Assembly: GCF_024700885.2 (NCBI RefSeq)
Contig: NZ_CP117016.1
Length of the DNA stretch: 64,000 nucleotides
From: Escherichia coli
GTDB lineage: Bacteria > Pseudomonadota > Gammaproteobacteria > Enterobacterales > Enterobacteriaceae
Direction: 5' to 3' (one strand)
This document shows, in pieces, positions 12,459 to 25,924 of this stretch; the stretch's first letter is position 1, and the number at the start of each line of letters is the position of its first letter. A model generated the notes under the pieces. The model had not been told where the DNA came from, did not search any database, and saw only the letters and a program-made list of their open reading frames with translations. Both the position numbers and the translations under genes were made by a program.

Positions 12459-13712
12459 TTATTGTGGTTCATTTTTACTCAAAAACGATATAGACAGGAA
12501 GAGGCACACAATCCACGATGCCGGTATTGGTTTAGCATGTGTAATGACATCACTAATGCCAAATAACATAATAGAAGCAGGGAAAACCAAGAGTATATAT
12601 TTTTTCTCTCGTATACAGTAATAGATCATTGCAACATAGAACATAATAAGAACAAGAAGACCAATTTTTCCTTTCGTGGAAAGAGATTCCACAATTTCGT
12701 TATGCATATGTACATCAAGGAATAATAAAGCTCCACTATAAATATTATTTTCTGCACTTAATGCTTTTATCTTTTCAGCACGCTGCTCAAGAGATTGCCA
12801 ATTAAAACCATCAGGACTTCCTTTAATTCCTGCATTAACCATTGCAAAACGTGCTCCGACCGAGGATTGACTGTTATTTTTTGTAGCATATGAAATAACA
12901 TCAGCTTTTAATGAATTAATTCGCCTATCAATTTCCTTATTAAATATCAAACCACAAGCAAGTAGCAATATAAAAACACCACTCAATCCTTTAAATAAAA
13001 ACACTTTTTGATCACGATGCTGAAGAAATAATATGACCATAATCATAAGTGGGAATGTGAAAATTGCCGCACGCGTTCCTGTCATCATTACTGCTGCAAA
13101 GCTTAAAGCAAAGTTAGCATAAAATAGAAACCATTTATATTTCGATTGCATTTTTATGAATACAATTGAAGAATATAAAGTTGTAAATGTAATCACATAA
13201 GCCGCAATAGTCGCTGCCCCCATCTGACCAATATTCCCATTCATGGCGGAGAGGGGAATGCGGTCTGCATGCAAATATATCCCTTGATAATATGCTCTAC
13301 ATAGCATGATTATTTGAACTAAGATAGCTGAAATAAAATGTAGTTTTTCATTTTGCCTGAATTTATTTTTACTTAGTAATAAAAATGTCAACGAGCTAAA
13401 TACTAATAGTTTTCCAGACTCAAGGTAGCCTCGATAAGCATTTCTATATACTACATCTTCTGTTTTATAAAATTCATACCATATAAGGTTCATTGCACCC
13501 AAAAGAAGTAAACCAAGAATTAATATAATGACATTTTTATTATAATTGTGCTTTTTATTTACAATTAATAAGAAAAGAGAAAATGCACCTGTCGCATTAA
13601 TTATTTTAGTGGTGATATTAAGATCAATTGGCACAAACAACAAACCGATTAAATACAATAAAAAAATAAAATTACAGCTATTATTTCGAAATTGCTCAAT
13701 TTTTACTTCCAC
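12459..13712 (-). CDS. waaL: O-antigen ligase (WaaL family), polytopic membrane protein
   Basis: 417-aa very hydrophobic AT-rich ORF at the distal end of the minus-strand outer-core operon; the position WaaL occupies in R1/R3/R4 core types. Confidence 0.8.
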   Translation of the reverse strand: MEVKIEQFRNNSCNFIFLLYLIGLLFVPIDLNITTKIINATGAFSLFLLIVNKKHNYNKNVIILILGLLLLGAMNLIWYEFYKTEDVVYRNAYRGYLESGKLLVFSSLTFLLLSKNKFRQNEKLHFISAILVQIIMLCRAYYQGIYLHADRIPLSAMNGNIGQMGAATIAAYVITFTTLYSSIVFIKMQSKYKWFLFYANFALSFAAVMMTGTRAAIFTFPLMIMVILFLQHRDQKVFLFKGLSGVFILLLACGLIFNKEIDRRINSLKADVISYATKNNSQSSVGARFAMVNAGIKGSPDGFNWQSLEQRAEKIKALSAENNIYSGALLFLDVHMHNEIVESLSTKGKIGLLVLIMFYVAMIYYCIREKKYILLVFPASIMLFGISDVITHAKPIPASWIVCLFLSISFLSKNEPQ

Positions 13713-13746
13713 GTTAATATCTCACAACAAATTGAAATTAACAATC

Positions 13747-14520
13747 TCATTTCAAAAGAGAAAAAAAAGCCACCTTTATCCAGGAGCGTATAAACTTCAT
13801 TCTTTTCTGAAGCCTTGTTCTAGGTTGTTTTTTTTCCGATGTTAATAGCCTTTCACTTTCAAGATGACTATTAAACTCATTTAAAATAGGATGTAATATT
13901 ATTTCGTCTAAATAAAACTCTTTTATAATATTATGTTGATGCATTAACTTCCAGCTATCAGCTCGATAGGTGCCATAATCCTTTGTCAATTTGAGCAACT
14001 TTTGTGCCATATCTTTATTCATCAAATATGAACATGTACGACGAATTTTATTTTTATTGAAATTAACACGCCGAAAAGTACAAGTACTTACCTTAACTTT
14101 ACTAAAAAGGCTTTGCCCCAATACCGGATAATCATGTAATCCTTTCTGTCCTCCAAGCAAATACAAATTATTATGTTTTAACTTGTCTTTTTCAGGAAGA
14201 TTAAAATATTGCAGAAATTTTTTAAATTTCTCATTGACGATAACATCATCCTCGAGAATGACTGCCCATTCTATATTTTTATCTATCATATCCTTATATA
14301 TAAGCTGATGACTTAATGTACAAGCAATTTCTCCATCAGTCATTTCTGCGCCGACACCACTTAATCTCATTTTATCAATAATTTCTTTATTTTGAGGGTC
14401 TTTAGCATCTATGGCATCAAAAAAATCAAAATTAATATTTAATCGATGAAAAACATCATTTATTTTATTTCTTCGCTCAATATCTCTTTTAAGTGAGACA
14501 ATATAAATGGGCAGGTTCAT
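13747..14520 (-). CDS. outer-core beta-glycosyltransferase, GT25 (Lic2A/LgtB-like) family; WaaV/WaaX position
   Basis: 257-aa ORF beginning IYIVSLKRDIERR, typical GT25 N-terminus; cannot decide WaaV (R1) versus WaaX (R4) without alignment. Confidence 0.7.
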   Translation of the reverse strand: MNLPIYIVSLKRDIERRNKINDVFHRLNINFDFFDAIDAKDPQNKEIIDKMRLSGVGAEMTDGEIACTLSHQLIYKDMIDKNIEWAVILEDDVIVNEKFKKFLQYFNLPEKDKLKHNNLYLLGGQKGLHDYPVLGQSLFSKVKVSTCTFRRVNFNKNKIRRTCSYLMNKDMAQKLLKLTKDYGTYRADSWKLMHQHNIIKEFYLDEIILHPILNEFNSHLESERLLTSEKKQPRTRLQKRMKFIRSWIKVAFFSLLK

Positions 14521-14551
14521 TAAAAAATCTCTGGGTGATTAATCTTAATAA

Positions 14552-15580
14552 TTATTTGGAAAAATGCTTACGCGCTATTTTCTTACTATAATAGAGCATG
14601 AAATAGTAAAATGAAGATGCAATATTACCATTTCTTTTCAAATGTCCGGATTTCACTTGATACTGCTTTTCATTCGTGGCTGGAATAAACGCCACATCAT
14701 TCCAGCAAGAAGCCTGATAAGCCTCATTAAAATACTTCTGGCAGGGATAATTCGTCCAGTCGTTCCAGGGCTTCGTTACGCCAACATAATGAATCAGCTT
14801 AGTATCATCGGTAATGGTCTTTTTATAATCTTCATCGCTTTTATTTTTTAACTCATAGTCAATGCCATAAAAGCAATCATAATCGCCGCTAATAAAAATA
14901 CAATGACCAAAGAACAGAATATTTAAAATATCCTGATCAAGGCATTTATACTTCGTATGCTGCGGGTCACTTGCCAGCATAGCAATGGCTTTATTCATAA
15001 AATCATTTTTCGCCCATGCTTCAAGCTGCAGATATACTACACCGGCGTTGAAATAATTACCTGGAAGTCCCTCTATAGCCAGACGCTTCGCTGGTTTTTC
15101 CTGCATAAAAGGCACATCTTTAATAACAGCTGCGAACTTATCGCCATCAAAATTAATATCAAGCAATCCAGCTAATGAGCCTTTACAGATGACATCAGCA
15201 TCGATATATAACAGATTTTCAATAACTTCACTCAGATACTGGAACGCAACTAAACGGAAGAATGTTGCATAAGACCACTGTTTCAGGCTGGGGAAGATAT
15301 CAATAAAGGCACTGGAGACTTTATAAATTCTTACTTCAACGTTAGCATTTTTGCTAGTAAAAGCGTTAACACGTTGTAGATAATCTTCATCAATGTAGTC
15401 GGTAAAGAGATGAAACTTAACCGCAAGGTCCGGGTTATGCATAATAACTGATTGCATAGATACTGCCGCACCAAATAAAAAGTTGCGGTCAATACCGTAA
15501 GCGATATTTAACACACGATCGGTGTTAGTAATTTTCCCAGAGACAGTGACTTCAGTAATACTCTCAGCTAATAAATCCAT
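14552..15580 (-). CDS. outer-core alpha-glycosyltransferase, GT8 family (WaaW-like position)
   Basis: 342-aa ORF with GT8 signature (YGID...NAGVVY...DQD); paralogous to the two GT8 ORFs at 16308-18336. Confidence 0.75.
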   Translation of the reverse strand: MDLLAESITEVTVSGKITNTDRVLNIAYGIDRNFLFGAAVSMQSVIMHNPDLAVKFHLFTDYIDEDYLQRVNAFTSKNANVEVRIYKVSSAFIDIFPSLKQWSYATFFRLVAFQYLSEVIENLLYIDADVICKGSLAGLLDINFDGDKFAAVIKDVPFMQEKPAKRLAIEGLPGNYFNAGVVYLQLEAWAKNDFMNKAIAMLASDPQHTKYKCLDQDILNILFFGHCIFISGDYDCFYGIDYELKNKSDEDYKKTITDDTKLIHYVGVTKPWNDWTNYPCQKYFNEAYQASCWNDVAFIPATNEKQYQVKSGHLKRNGNIASSFYYFMLYYSKKIARKHFSK

Positions 15581-15605
15581 GTTGGTTCCGTTTTGACTGT
15601 GTGGT

Positions 15606-16298
15606 TTACGCTTTGCCTTTTAATTTTTTAATAAATTTGCGTAGTTTGGTTCTGTAGATTACTGAATAGTAGCCATAATCTTTTATTTCGTTGGCAATAC
15701 CCAGGTGACGTTCCATGGCCAGACGATCACGAGCTTTACGCTCTGCCGTACAGCTTTTACCGGATAGGTCAATTATCCTGACACCATCTTTACTAACGAT
15801 AAAGTTACCCCGGTGTGGGTCGCCCGATAGCATATTTAAGGCATGCAATTTTTCCATTGAAGCCTTAATTTCTGCTTTAACATTTTCTGGAATAATCGGC
15901 ATATCATTGAGCTCTACGCCCTCGACATACTCGATAAGCATGATAAAAACACTGGCATAGTTGAAAAATTTACGCTCAGCCAGAAAATAAAAATCATTAG
16001 GAAAAGTAAGACCTGCACTTCTGACACGATCGGTTTCAACGATCAAATTCTGATAGTAGTCACCTTTTACAAAAGATTTAAAAAAACGTTCATTCCTTTT
16101 CGTTTTCGGAGCAAAGACTTTAAAAACATAGCGACCATATTTCGTATCAATCAACGATACTTTGGTATCATCAATATTACGTAATACTTTTACTGTTTTA
16201 AAATTATAGGCCAGTATTTCATCAAAGATTTCTTTATATTTATTATCATTATCTTTGTAATAAAATGAGAAGCCGCGATAACGTATACTTGTAATCAT
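15606..16298 (-). CDS. waaY: LPS core heptose II kinase
   Basis: 230-aa kinase-like ORF in the position WaaY holds in the core operon. Confidence 0.8.
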   Translation of the reverse strand: MITSIRYRGFSFYYKDNDNKYKEIFDEILAYNFKTVKVLRNIDDTKVSLIDTKYGRYVFKVFAPKTKRNERFFKSFVKGDYYQNLIVETDRVRSAGLTFPNDFYFLAERKFFNYASVFIMLIEYVEGVELNDMPIIPENVKAEIKASMEKLHALNMLSGDPHRGNFIVSKDGVRIIDLSGKSCTAERKARDRLAMERHLGIANEIKDYGYYSVIYRTKLRKFIKKLKGKA

Positions 16299-16307
16299 AA
16301 GAGTAAT

Positions 16308-17303
16308 TTATTTCTTAAGCTTGTACTTAATTAATGAAGTTATGCCTTTTATATACTCACCATGGGCAAACAGATGCTTATATTGTTTCTGCATTTCTGC
16401 AACAGTCCGCGCCTCTTTAAGAGGATATTTCTTCCAGGGAGATTGTTCACGCGCGATATTAAAGTATGATGCAGACGGATATCCAGCCCAGCTATGCCAT
16501 GGTTTAGTTATCCCTGTATAGTGAATCAACACTGTTTTATCGGTAATGGTTTGCTGATACTTTCGATGACTACGATCATAAAGTTCGTTTTTCAGGGTAT
16601 AAATAGTATCAAAATCCTTCGCAAGGTAGATATTATTCATATTAAATGCGATATTCAACGCATCCTGATCTAAATATTTAAGAGAGCCATATTTAGTTTC
16701 CCCTCGTAAAAGTTTGAGTAAATACGGTGTCAAATTTGCTTCATGCCATTTTTTAAGATTGACATAGATAACGCCTGCATTGAAATAACGTCCATTCATT
16801 TCGGGAATGTTGAGGCGTTTTGCACATGCCGCCTGAGTACTATCATTGTCAGGAATGACCGCAGCAAACTCATCTTTAAATATAATTTCTGTGAGAGGTT
16901 TCAGGCTTCCTTTACAAACAACATCGGCATCCAGATACAGCAGTGTGGAAATACTTTCACTCAGATATTCAAAAGACAATACCCTGAAGTATGTCGCGTA
17001 CGACCAAAACTGTGACGTCGGCAGATCAGCAAAGTATTTGGGGTCAATTAAATATACAATAATTGAGGTATTAAATTGTTTTGCTGTTTCATTAAATGAC
17101 TTTAAATAATCATCATCCACATAATCAGTGAAAACATGAAAGACAAAATTAATATCTGAATTATTAATCAAAACGGAAGAAATTGAAACGCCAGCACCAT
17201 ACAAAAAATTCTTATCGATACCGTAGGAAACATTTAGCTCTGGGGCGTTTTCTTTTTTATTATCTGCTAAATACGAAAACCGTTCTTTTATAAATTCATT
17301 CAT
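16308..17303 (-). CDS. outer-core alpha-glycosyltransferase, GT8 family (WaaT-like position)
   Basis: 331-aa GT8 ORF; paralog of neighbours. Confidence 0.75.
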   Translation of the reverse strand: MNEFIKERFSYLADNKKENAPELNVSYGIDKNFLYGAGVSISSVLINNSDINFVFHVFTDYVDDDYLKSFNETAKQFNTSIIVYLIDPKYFADLPTSQFWSYATYFRVLSFEYLSESISTLLYLDADVVCKGSLKPLTEIIFKDEFAAVIPDNDSTQAACAKRLNIPEMNGRYFNAGVIYVNLKKWHEANLTPYLLKLLRGETKYGSLKYLDQDALNIAFNMNNIYLAKDFDTIYTLKNELYDRSHRKYQQTITDKTVLIHYTGITKPWHSWAGYPSASYFNIAREQSPWKKYPLKEARTVAEMQKQYKHLFAHGEYIKGITSLIKYKLKK

Positions 17304-17319
17304 TTAACTTTTCTCAATT

Positions 17320-18336
17320 TCATTTTATTATCTTTAAATAAAAATAATAAATATAATTCATTATCCCGTTAATTGGTTTATTTTGTTTAAAATTATGCTT
17401 GGCGCAATAACGAGCATAGTTTGAGTTAACTGGCCGCATTAACGGTTCATTTTTCCAGGGCGATGCTTCTTTGGCTTTGATAAAAGGTTGCGCACTTGGA
17501 TAACCGGCCCAGTAATGCCAGGGTTTTGTCGGGCCGACATAATGAATTAATACGGTTTCATCATTAATTGGACAAACAAATGATTTTTTTAATTCATAAT
17601 TTAAACTAAATTGCGTATTGTATTTAGCATCAATGAATTTAACTTTCCCTAACAGGATAAGATTAAGGATATCTTGATCCATATAGGTTAAACGGGAAAC
17701 GATGGCTTTATCAGCAAGCATCGACATCGCTTTAGCAGAAACGGACTCCTGCGCCCACGCTAGTGTATTAATTAACAGGACACCTGAATTAAAGTAACCC
17801 TTTTCAAGTTCATTACACTGCAGACTTTGACCCCGTAACGACCACCAGTTAGCATCGCGTTCAGTAACAACAGCAGCAACGTTATTGGCAAGATCCATTG
17901 TTATCAGCGGCTTTAAGTTTCCCTGACAGGCGATATCAGCATCCAGGTAAAGGATCTTATCTTGTTGATCAATAAAGTAATCTGCAATTACAAAACGGAA
18001 ATACATGGCAATAGACCAATTTTTGGTCGTCGGTAATGCCTTAAGCCGTTCACAATTTACTAGATGGATCTGGATACAGGTACGATAGCTTTTCGCCAAT
18101 TGGGCTAAACGCTGGATATCGGCTTCAGGGATAGCATCAATAAAAACGTGGAAAACAAAACTCACGTCGTTGTTATGTAACAAAACTGACGTGATTGAAA
18201 CACCACAACCAAAAAGAAAGTTTTTATCAATGCCATAAGAAACATGGAATGATGATGCCACTGACGCCGCTGGCCTTTCATCGAAGATGATTGTCTTATT
18301 GATCATCTCTTGTGGATTAAAATAGTGGGCACTCAT
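17320..18336 (-). CDS. outer-core alpha-1,3-glucosyltransferase, GT8 family (WaaO-like position)
   Basis: 338-aa GT8 ORF directly downstream of waaP. Confidence 0.75.
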   Translation of the reverse strand: MSAHYFNPQEMINKTIIFDERPAASVASSFHVSYGIDKNFLFGCGVSITSVLLHNNDVSFVFHVFIDAIPEADIQRLAQLAKSYRTCIQIHLVNCERLKALPTTKNWSIAMYFRFVIADYFIDQQDKILYLDADIACQGNLKPLITMDLANNVAAVVTERDANWWSLRGQSLQCNELEKGYFNSGVLLINTLAWAQESVSAKAMSMLADKAIVSRLTYMDQDILNLILLGKVKFIDAKYNTQFSLNYELKKSFVCPINDETVLIHYVGPTKPWHYWAGYPSAQPFIKAKEASPWKNEPLMRPVNSNYARYCAKHNFKQNKPINGIMNYIYYFYLKIIK

Positions 18337-18351
18337 ATTTCTCTCCGGAAA

Positions 18352-19149
18352 TTACAACGATTTTCTAATCGTTCTTTCCCTGATTTTTGTGGCTTTTGCT
18401 TCTGCTTGCGACAGCAGCCCTTGTTCCTGCTTGAGAATGTCTTTAAGCGGGGCGACAAAATACTCTTTCATAAACCGCCAGATATCCCGCTGAGTCAGGC
18501 TAATATTCATCGAAGAAAAATAAAGCCCTATAAGATCTTTATCGCGCCAACGACGTGGAACGCGCGTGCGAAGCTGCGCCCGGTGCAGGTCAATTACCGA
18601 AATTTTTAACTCCTCTTCCTTACCGGAAAAAGGCAAGTGCAGCAGGAAATGACAGATATAACAGTCACGGTGGTTAATGCCCGCAGCATGCATATCGCGC
18701 ACCATCGTCGCGACACGCTTAATAAGCATACGCTTTACGCGAACATCTGGAGGGTTAGTCGCCCAGTCAGCACAGTAATCTTCCAGACTTATGGTTGGTG
18801 TCAGATCTTCGGTAATAATAAATGAAGTTCTGGTAAGCGGATTCATGCCTTTTTCGCCAAATGCCACCCCATACATAGTATCAACGCCGACATCCCGCAG
18901 TCGATGAATCGCATTCCATTCGCGGTCTGCGCCTAATACTGGCATCCGCAATGAGAGTAAATTTTTGATTATCTCTTTCAGGGTCGTGCCGCGATGCCAT
19001 TTGAGAAAATAGCTTTTGCCCGCCATTTCAAAGCGCAGAGTGCGGCGAGTTTCCAGTTCACGAAAAACCTCACCCTGCAAGGTTTTAACTTCCTCAAAAG
19101 GATCTTTACCACGCCATAACGTGGCAAACGGCTCTTTAAGTTCAACCAT
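18352..19149 (-). CDS. waaP: LPS core heptose I kinase
   Basis: 265-aa product from [21 protein letters not shown]; track ORF is 3 codons longer. Confidence 0.92.
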   Translation of the reverse strand: MVELKEPFATLWRGKDPFEEVKTLQGEVFRELETRRTLRFEMAGKSYFLKWHRGTTLKEIIKNLLSLRMPVLGADREWNAIHRLRDVGVDTMYGVAFGEKGMNPLTRTSFIITEDLTPTISLEDYCADWATNPPDVRVKRMLIKRVATMVRDMHAAGINHRDCYICHFLLHLPFSGKEEELKISVIDLHRAQLRTRVPRRWRDKDLIGLYFSSMNISLTQRDIWRFMKEYFVAPLKDILKQEQGLLSQAEAKATKIRERTIRKSL

Positions 19150-20266
19150 CCAGACCACCCGTTATGATATCCGCCGCTTTTTCTGGCAGACTGTATAAAT
19201 CTTGTGTATCAGCATAATGTCGCGCATTTTCCGCCCAGGCCTGGCGCAATGAAGATTGCGTTAACGCTTTGCGTAAAATCTCATTCAATGTTTCCTGGCG
19301 GAATGGCTCAGCAATAGCCTCGCCGCAATTGGCGTCAACAATATAATGCGCATAGCCACAAACGGCTGTCGTTAGTACCGGTAATCCTGCAGTAATCGCT
19401 TCCAGCAGCACAATTCCCGCCGCTTCCTGGTAGGCAGGATGCAGTAATAAATCCGCCGCCGCCATTAATTCCGAGACATCGTTGCGCCCCGAGAAGAAGT
19501 GAACATTACTGCGCACGCCGCGTTTTTCTGCCAGCGCCTCAAATTTTCGCGGTTTATCCTGCCCAACAACATATAGCAATGTGTTGTGGCGCAGCGAATC
19601 CGGTAACGAAGCAAGTGCTTCAATGGAACGATCGACACCTTTACGCGTGAAGTCTGAACCGACCTGCAACAATAAATATTGTTGTTCGGTTATTCCATTC
19701 TTCTTACGGAAGATTTCACGGCTATTAGCTGGCTGCTGGCTATATTTACGATCAGGATAAATCCCCGGTGGCAGAATATGAAAACGCTCCGCTTCAGTCT
19801 GATAATGTTTCTGGAAATCGGCGATTTGCTTATCTGTCAGCATCAGCAGCTGTGTCGGCTTGCCCTGTTCGAAGGTTGCCCGCTCAAAGGCGGCATAATG
19901 GCGATAACGTGACGTCAAGCGATAGAAAAAGCCTTTTTCCTGCGCTACTTTCTCGGCATAACAAACATCAGCGGCATAATAAACGTCCAGCCCCGGCATT
20001 TTGTTGAATCCAACGACTTTATCGACGGGATGTTCGCGTAAATGTTTTTGCACCCAGGCAAAATACTCCGCATTGCGCCCGTGATTGGTATGCGATTTAA
20101 CCGGCACTTTGATCAGTTCAAATACATCAGGGCATTCGCCTTCCCACGACTGGGTATAAACCCGAACATGATGACCTCGGGCGGCGACTGTCTGAGCAAT
20201 ACGCATAAAATCGCGCTGCAAACCGCCAAAGGGAAAATATTTATATAAACAAAAAGCAACGATCAT
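19142..20266 (-). CDS. waaG: LPS glucosyltransferase I (GT4)
   Basis: 374-aa ORF matching WaaG; overlaps the waaP start. Confidence 0.93.
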   Translation of the reverse strand: MIVAFCLYKYFPFGGLQRDFMRIAQTVAARGHHVRVYTQSWEGECPDVFELIKVPVKSHTNHGRNAEYFAWVQKHLREHPVDKVVGFNKMPGLDVYYAADVCYAEKVAQEKGFFYRLTSRYRHYAAFERATFEQGKPTQLLMLTDKQIADFQKHYQTEAERFHILPPGIYPDRKYSQQPANSREIFRKKNGITEQQYLLLQVGSDFTRKGVDRSIEALASLPDSLRHNTLLYVVGQDKPRKFEALAEKRGVRSNVHFFSGRNDVSELMAAADLLLHPAYQEAAGIVLLEAITAGLPVLTTAVCGYAHYIVDANCGEAIAEPFRQETLNEILRKALTQSSLRQAWAENARHYADTQDLYSLPEKAADIITGGLDG

Positions 20267-21321
20267 AACGACGTACCTGTCGTGGAGGAGGGCAGTAATT
20301 TATCGACAGCAGCAATGACATCTGCCGCCGGAATAACCGAAAGATACATCTCATTTCGGTCACGCTGATCGCGCGTTGGCATTTCCCGGTAATCTCCCGC
20401 CCAGAATTGAATCATGTTATTTGACCAGGGACGCCAGAAAATATGGTCTGTCGCACCAAACAGCGATATCAGCGGCGTATTAACTGCAGCGGCAATATGC
20501 GCCGGTGCGGAATCAACGCCAATAAACAGCTGCGCATGATCGATTAACGCACCAAGTTCCGGGAAGGTCACCTTTCCGGCCAGCGCCGTTACTGGTGGCG
20601 TCTGGCATCCCTGGGCAATTTCATTGACGCAGGCCAGATCGTCTTTATCTGGGCCGGACGTCAGAACGACTTCATAACCACGCGCATGTAAGGCATCAAT
20701 CACAGCGGAAAACTTGGCGTTGTCCCAGCATTTGAAGATTTGCCGCGCCGTAGGTTGGATAACCACATAATTTTGTCCAACACCAGCGTGATCAAGTTCG
20801 CGACGCATACGTTTCCAACTTGCAGGCGGGTAACTCATGGTTGTCTGCTTCACCAACGAATCAAGTCCCAATGGTGTCAGCACGGATAAGTTACTTTCCA
20901 CCACATTTCCACCCTGCAACGGCACCAAATGGGTGAAACTTTTACGCCAAAAAGCAGACTGCCGATGATGATAATCCTGGGAAATTTTCACACGGGCATT
21001 TAATAAGCGAACCAGTATAGCAACCATCCATTGATCGGTAAGATTAACGATAAGGTCATACTTATTGGCACGTAATACCTTGATGAGATGAAAAAAGTTG
21101 GAAATTTTTTCTGCGGCTTTTGCTTTTTTATTTTTTATGCCGTAGAGCGCGTTAATCTCTGGATTTTCAGACAGGATCGGGATGGTGTCCTGATAAAGCA
21201 GCACATCGATTTTTGCGTCAGGGTAATTTTTTTTCAGCGAACTAATGACGGGAGTAGTTAATAACATATCCCCATGAAAACGCATCTTAATGAGCAAAAT
21301 TCTTCGAAATGGCTTATCCAC
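20263..21321 (-). CDS. waaQ: LPS heptosyltransferase III
   Basis: GT9-family ORF, first gene of the minus-strand core operon; true start may be an internal Met (MRFHGDML). Confidence 0.88.
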   Translation of the reverse strand: MDKPFRRILLIKMRFHGDMLLTTPVISSLKKNYPDAKIDVLLYQDTIPILSENPEINALYGIKNKKAKAAEKISNFFHLIKVLRANKYDLIVNLTDQWMVAILVRLLNARVKISQDYHHRQSAFWRKSFTHLVPLQGGNVVESNLSVLTPLGLDSLVKQTTMSYPPASWKRMRRELDHAGVGQNYVVIQPTARQIFKCWDNAKFSAVIDALHARGYEVVLTSGPDKDDLACVNEIAQGCQTPPVTALAGKVTFPELGALIDHAQLFIGVDSAPAHIAAAVNTPLISLFGATDHIFWRPWSNNMIQFWAGDYREMPTRDQRDRNEMYLSVIPAADVIAAVDKLLPSSTTGTSL

Positions 21322-21370
21322 AAGTAACTCTTTTTGTTGAGATTATCCGATTAAGGTGAAGCAGAAAAAG

Positions 21371-21382
21371 CACGCTACCGCC
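21371..21382 (-). promoter_or_regulatory. ops element (5'-GGCGGTAGCGTG-3') in the waaQ operon leader; RfaH-dependent antitermination site within JUMPstart
   Basis: Exact 12-mer read on the minus strand about 50 nt upstream of waaQ; ops consensus recalled from literature. Confidence 0.85.
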
Positions 21383-21733
21383 CCAGGCTCAACAGCTACC
21401 TGAATACTGATACCGCACTGATATTGACGCGCTAGTGTATCACTTCTTTCGCGGCAATCCGACCCGAATGATTTTTAAGCACATTGTTGATTTTCAATAA
21501 AGAAATCAATCAAATAAAATCATTAGCAACCATATTCTTTCACTGTTGCTCTGCGATTCCTTCCTGCACGTACTGCAGAAATCAATGAATCGCATAAAAA
21601 TACAAAAAAAGTATAGATGTTCAGCAAGAATTGGCGGGTAAATTGCTATTTAAGTCAAAAACGGGAAAAGTAATGGTAAAGCCACAGCTAAATACATAGA
21701 ATCCCCAGCACATCCATAAGTCAGCTATTTACT

Positions 21734-23498
<1,765 letters not shown>

Positions 23499-23505
23499 CG
23501 TTTAT

Positions 23506-23527
23506 GCCGGATGGTATGCCATCCGGC
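23506..23527. terminator. GCCGGATGG...CCATCCGGC hairpin (REP-like) between convergent coaD and mutM
   Basis: Perfect 9-bp inverted repeat read from sequence in the intergenic gap. Confidence 0.5.
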
Positions 23528-23536
23528 GCGCATGAA

Positions 23537-24346
23537 TTACTTCTGGCACTGCCGACAATAAAACGTTGCCCGCTGCGCATGTTTAGTCGCCACAATCGGC
23601 GTACCGCACACCCGACACGGCTCGCCTTTTCGCCCGTAAACCTGCAATTCTTGAGCGAAATAGCCCGGTTTACCGTCGCTTTGCAGAAAATCTTTCAGCG
23701 TTGTACCGCCCTGCTCAATCGAACGCAGCAACACCGCTTTAATCACCTGAGTTAACAATTCACACTCTGCCAGCGACAGTGATGACGCCAGCCGATCCGG
23801 ATGGATCCCCGCCGCAAACAGAGATTCGCTGGCATAGATATTCCCTACGCCTACCACCAGCTTGTTATCCATCAGCCACGGTTTAATCGCCGTTTTTTTC
23901 TTCGCGCACTTCTGATGCAGGTACTCACCGTTGAAATCGTCGCTAAGCGGCTCCGGTCCAAGATGGGCCAGCACATTATGCCCTTCCAGCTCTTTGGTCC
24001 ACAGCCAGGCACCAAAGCGGCGCGGATCGGTGTAGCGCAGCACTTTACCGTTGCTCATCACCAAATCAACATGGTCATGCTTTTCAGGGGGAAATTCTTC
24101 TGGAAGGATGCGCAGGCTGCCAGACATCCCCAAATGAATGATAATCCAGCCCTCCGGCAGCTCCAGCAGCAGATATTTAGCCCGCCGCTGCACGCTAAGC
24201 ACTGGTTGATCACTTAATCGGTAAATCTCTTCTGAAACCGGCCAGCGCAAGCGTCCGTTGCGCACCACCGCATGAAGAATGGTTGCACCAACGAGATGCG
24301 GTTCTATGCCGCGACGGCTGGTTTCAACTTCGGGTAATTCAGGCAT
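23537..24346 (-). CDS. mutM: formamidopyrimidine-DNA glycosylase
   Basis: 269-aa ORF with N-terminal PELPEVE and C-terminal zinc finger (CRVCGTPI...CRQCQ). Confidence 0.95.
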   Translation of the reverse strand: MPELPEVETSRRGIEPHLVGATILHAVVRNGRLRWPVSEEIYRLSDQPVLSVQRRAKYLLLELPEGWIIIHLGMSGSLRILPEEFPPEKHDHVDLVMSNGKVLRYTDPRRFGAWLWTKELEGHNVLAHLGPEPLSDDFNGEYLHQKCAKKKTAIKPWLMDNKLVVGVGNIYASESLFAAGIHPDRLASSLSLAECELLTQVIKAVLLRSIEQGGTTLKDFLQSDGKPGYFAQELQVYGRKGEPCRVCGTPIVATKHAQRATFYCRQCQK

Positions 24347-24397
24347 AGCATCTCCAGGAATGAACAGATGCAGTCAATATGGGGGCAAGCAGATAAC

Positions 24398-24425
24398 AAA
24401 AAACCCCGCCGGAGCGAGGTTTTTT
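24398..24425 (-). terminator. Rho-independent terminator downstream of rpmG (GC stem CCUCGC/GCGGGG, loop UCCG, U-run)
   Basis: Hairpin flanked by A6 and T6 runs read directly from sequence; could act bidirectionally. Confidence 0.7.
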
Positions 24426-24443
24426 GTTACATCAAAGCGAGAA

Positions 24444-24614
<171 letters not shown>

Positions 24615-24631
24615 TTATTTCCTCTAAGTAC

Positions 24632-24889
<258 letters not shown>

Positions 24890-25084
24890 TTAGCTCGAGC
24901 TTCGTATGGGGTATTGGCGCCTCGTCAGGCTTTACAGCCCGGTCATCGCAGTTCTATGTGAACTCTCGATTGCCAGGCCCAAATGCCAAACCCGAGATTC
25001 TCAAAGGTGGCGTAGTATACGCTGACTCAGCGATGTGCTCAAGTCCCGAACAGACAAAGATCCCGAAGGATCGCGCATAGCGGG

Positions 25085-25759
25085 TTAAATCCAGCCGCGT
25101 TCGGCAAAAGAAACATACTCTCCACGCCCAATCACGATATGGTCGAGCACGCGTAAATCCATGAACTGACAACTCTTTATTATCCGTTCATTAATGAGTT
25201 TATCCGCTTTACTGGGTTCAGCACAACCCGAAGGGTGATTATGTGCAAGGATCAGCGCCGAGGCGTTTATTTTTATCGCTTCGCGGATAATTTCCCGAGG
25301 ATGGACTTCAACATGGTTTAGCGTGCCGGAAAAAAGACGGCTATGCGTTATAACCCGGTGTTGTGAGTCGAGAAAGATCACCATAAAGATCTCCCGCTCC
25401 TCACCCGTGAGCTGGCTTTGTAAAAATTCCCGCGTCATCTCCGGGCTGAGTAAAGGGCTTTCTTCACGCATCCGCACGTTGTAGTAACGCCGCGCCAGTT
25501 CAGCAATCCCCTTTAACTGGGCAAATTTCGCCACGCCAATTCCATGAACACCACTAAATTGTTCATATTCAGAGGTTAACAAGCCATAAAGAGAGCCGAA
25601 ATTCTCCAGCATCTCTTTTGCCAGGGTTAATACATCTTTACCGCGCGTTCCGGTACGCAGAAATAGCGCCAGCAGCTCGACATCAGTTAAGGCGCTAATA
25701 CCAAACTTCAGCATTTTTTCGCGCGGCATCAACAGCTGTGCATTGTTTTTCACCTTCAC
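25085..25759 (-). CDS. yicR: RadC-like JAB-domain protein YicR
   Basis: 224-aa ORF with JAMM motif (HNHPSG); exact start uncertain. Confidence 0.88.
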   Translation of the reverse strand: MKVKNNAQLLMPREKMLKFGISALTDVELLALFLRTGTRGKDVLTLAKEMLENFGSLYGLLTSEYEQFSGVHGIGVAKFAQLKGIAELARRYYNVRMREESPLLSPEMTREFLQSQLTGEEREIFMVIFLDSQHRVITHSRLFSGTLNHVEVHPREIIREAIKINASALILAHNHPSGCAEPSKADKLINERIIKSCQFMDLRVLDHIVIGRGEYVSFAERGWI

Positions 25760-25924
25760 CTCCTTTGTGGTGCTCGCATCCTGTCATAGCCGTTCCGTTA
25801 AATCGACGGCCAGTTTTCAATCCTGGAAAGCGCCTCGCAAAGTGATTCTCAGGTGAAGGCACGACAACAAAAGTATTGTGATAAAATCGCCAACTTCTGG
25901 TGTCACCCAACAGGAAAAATCATC

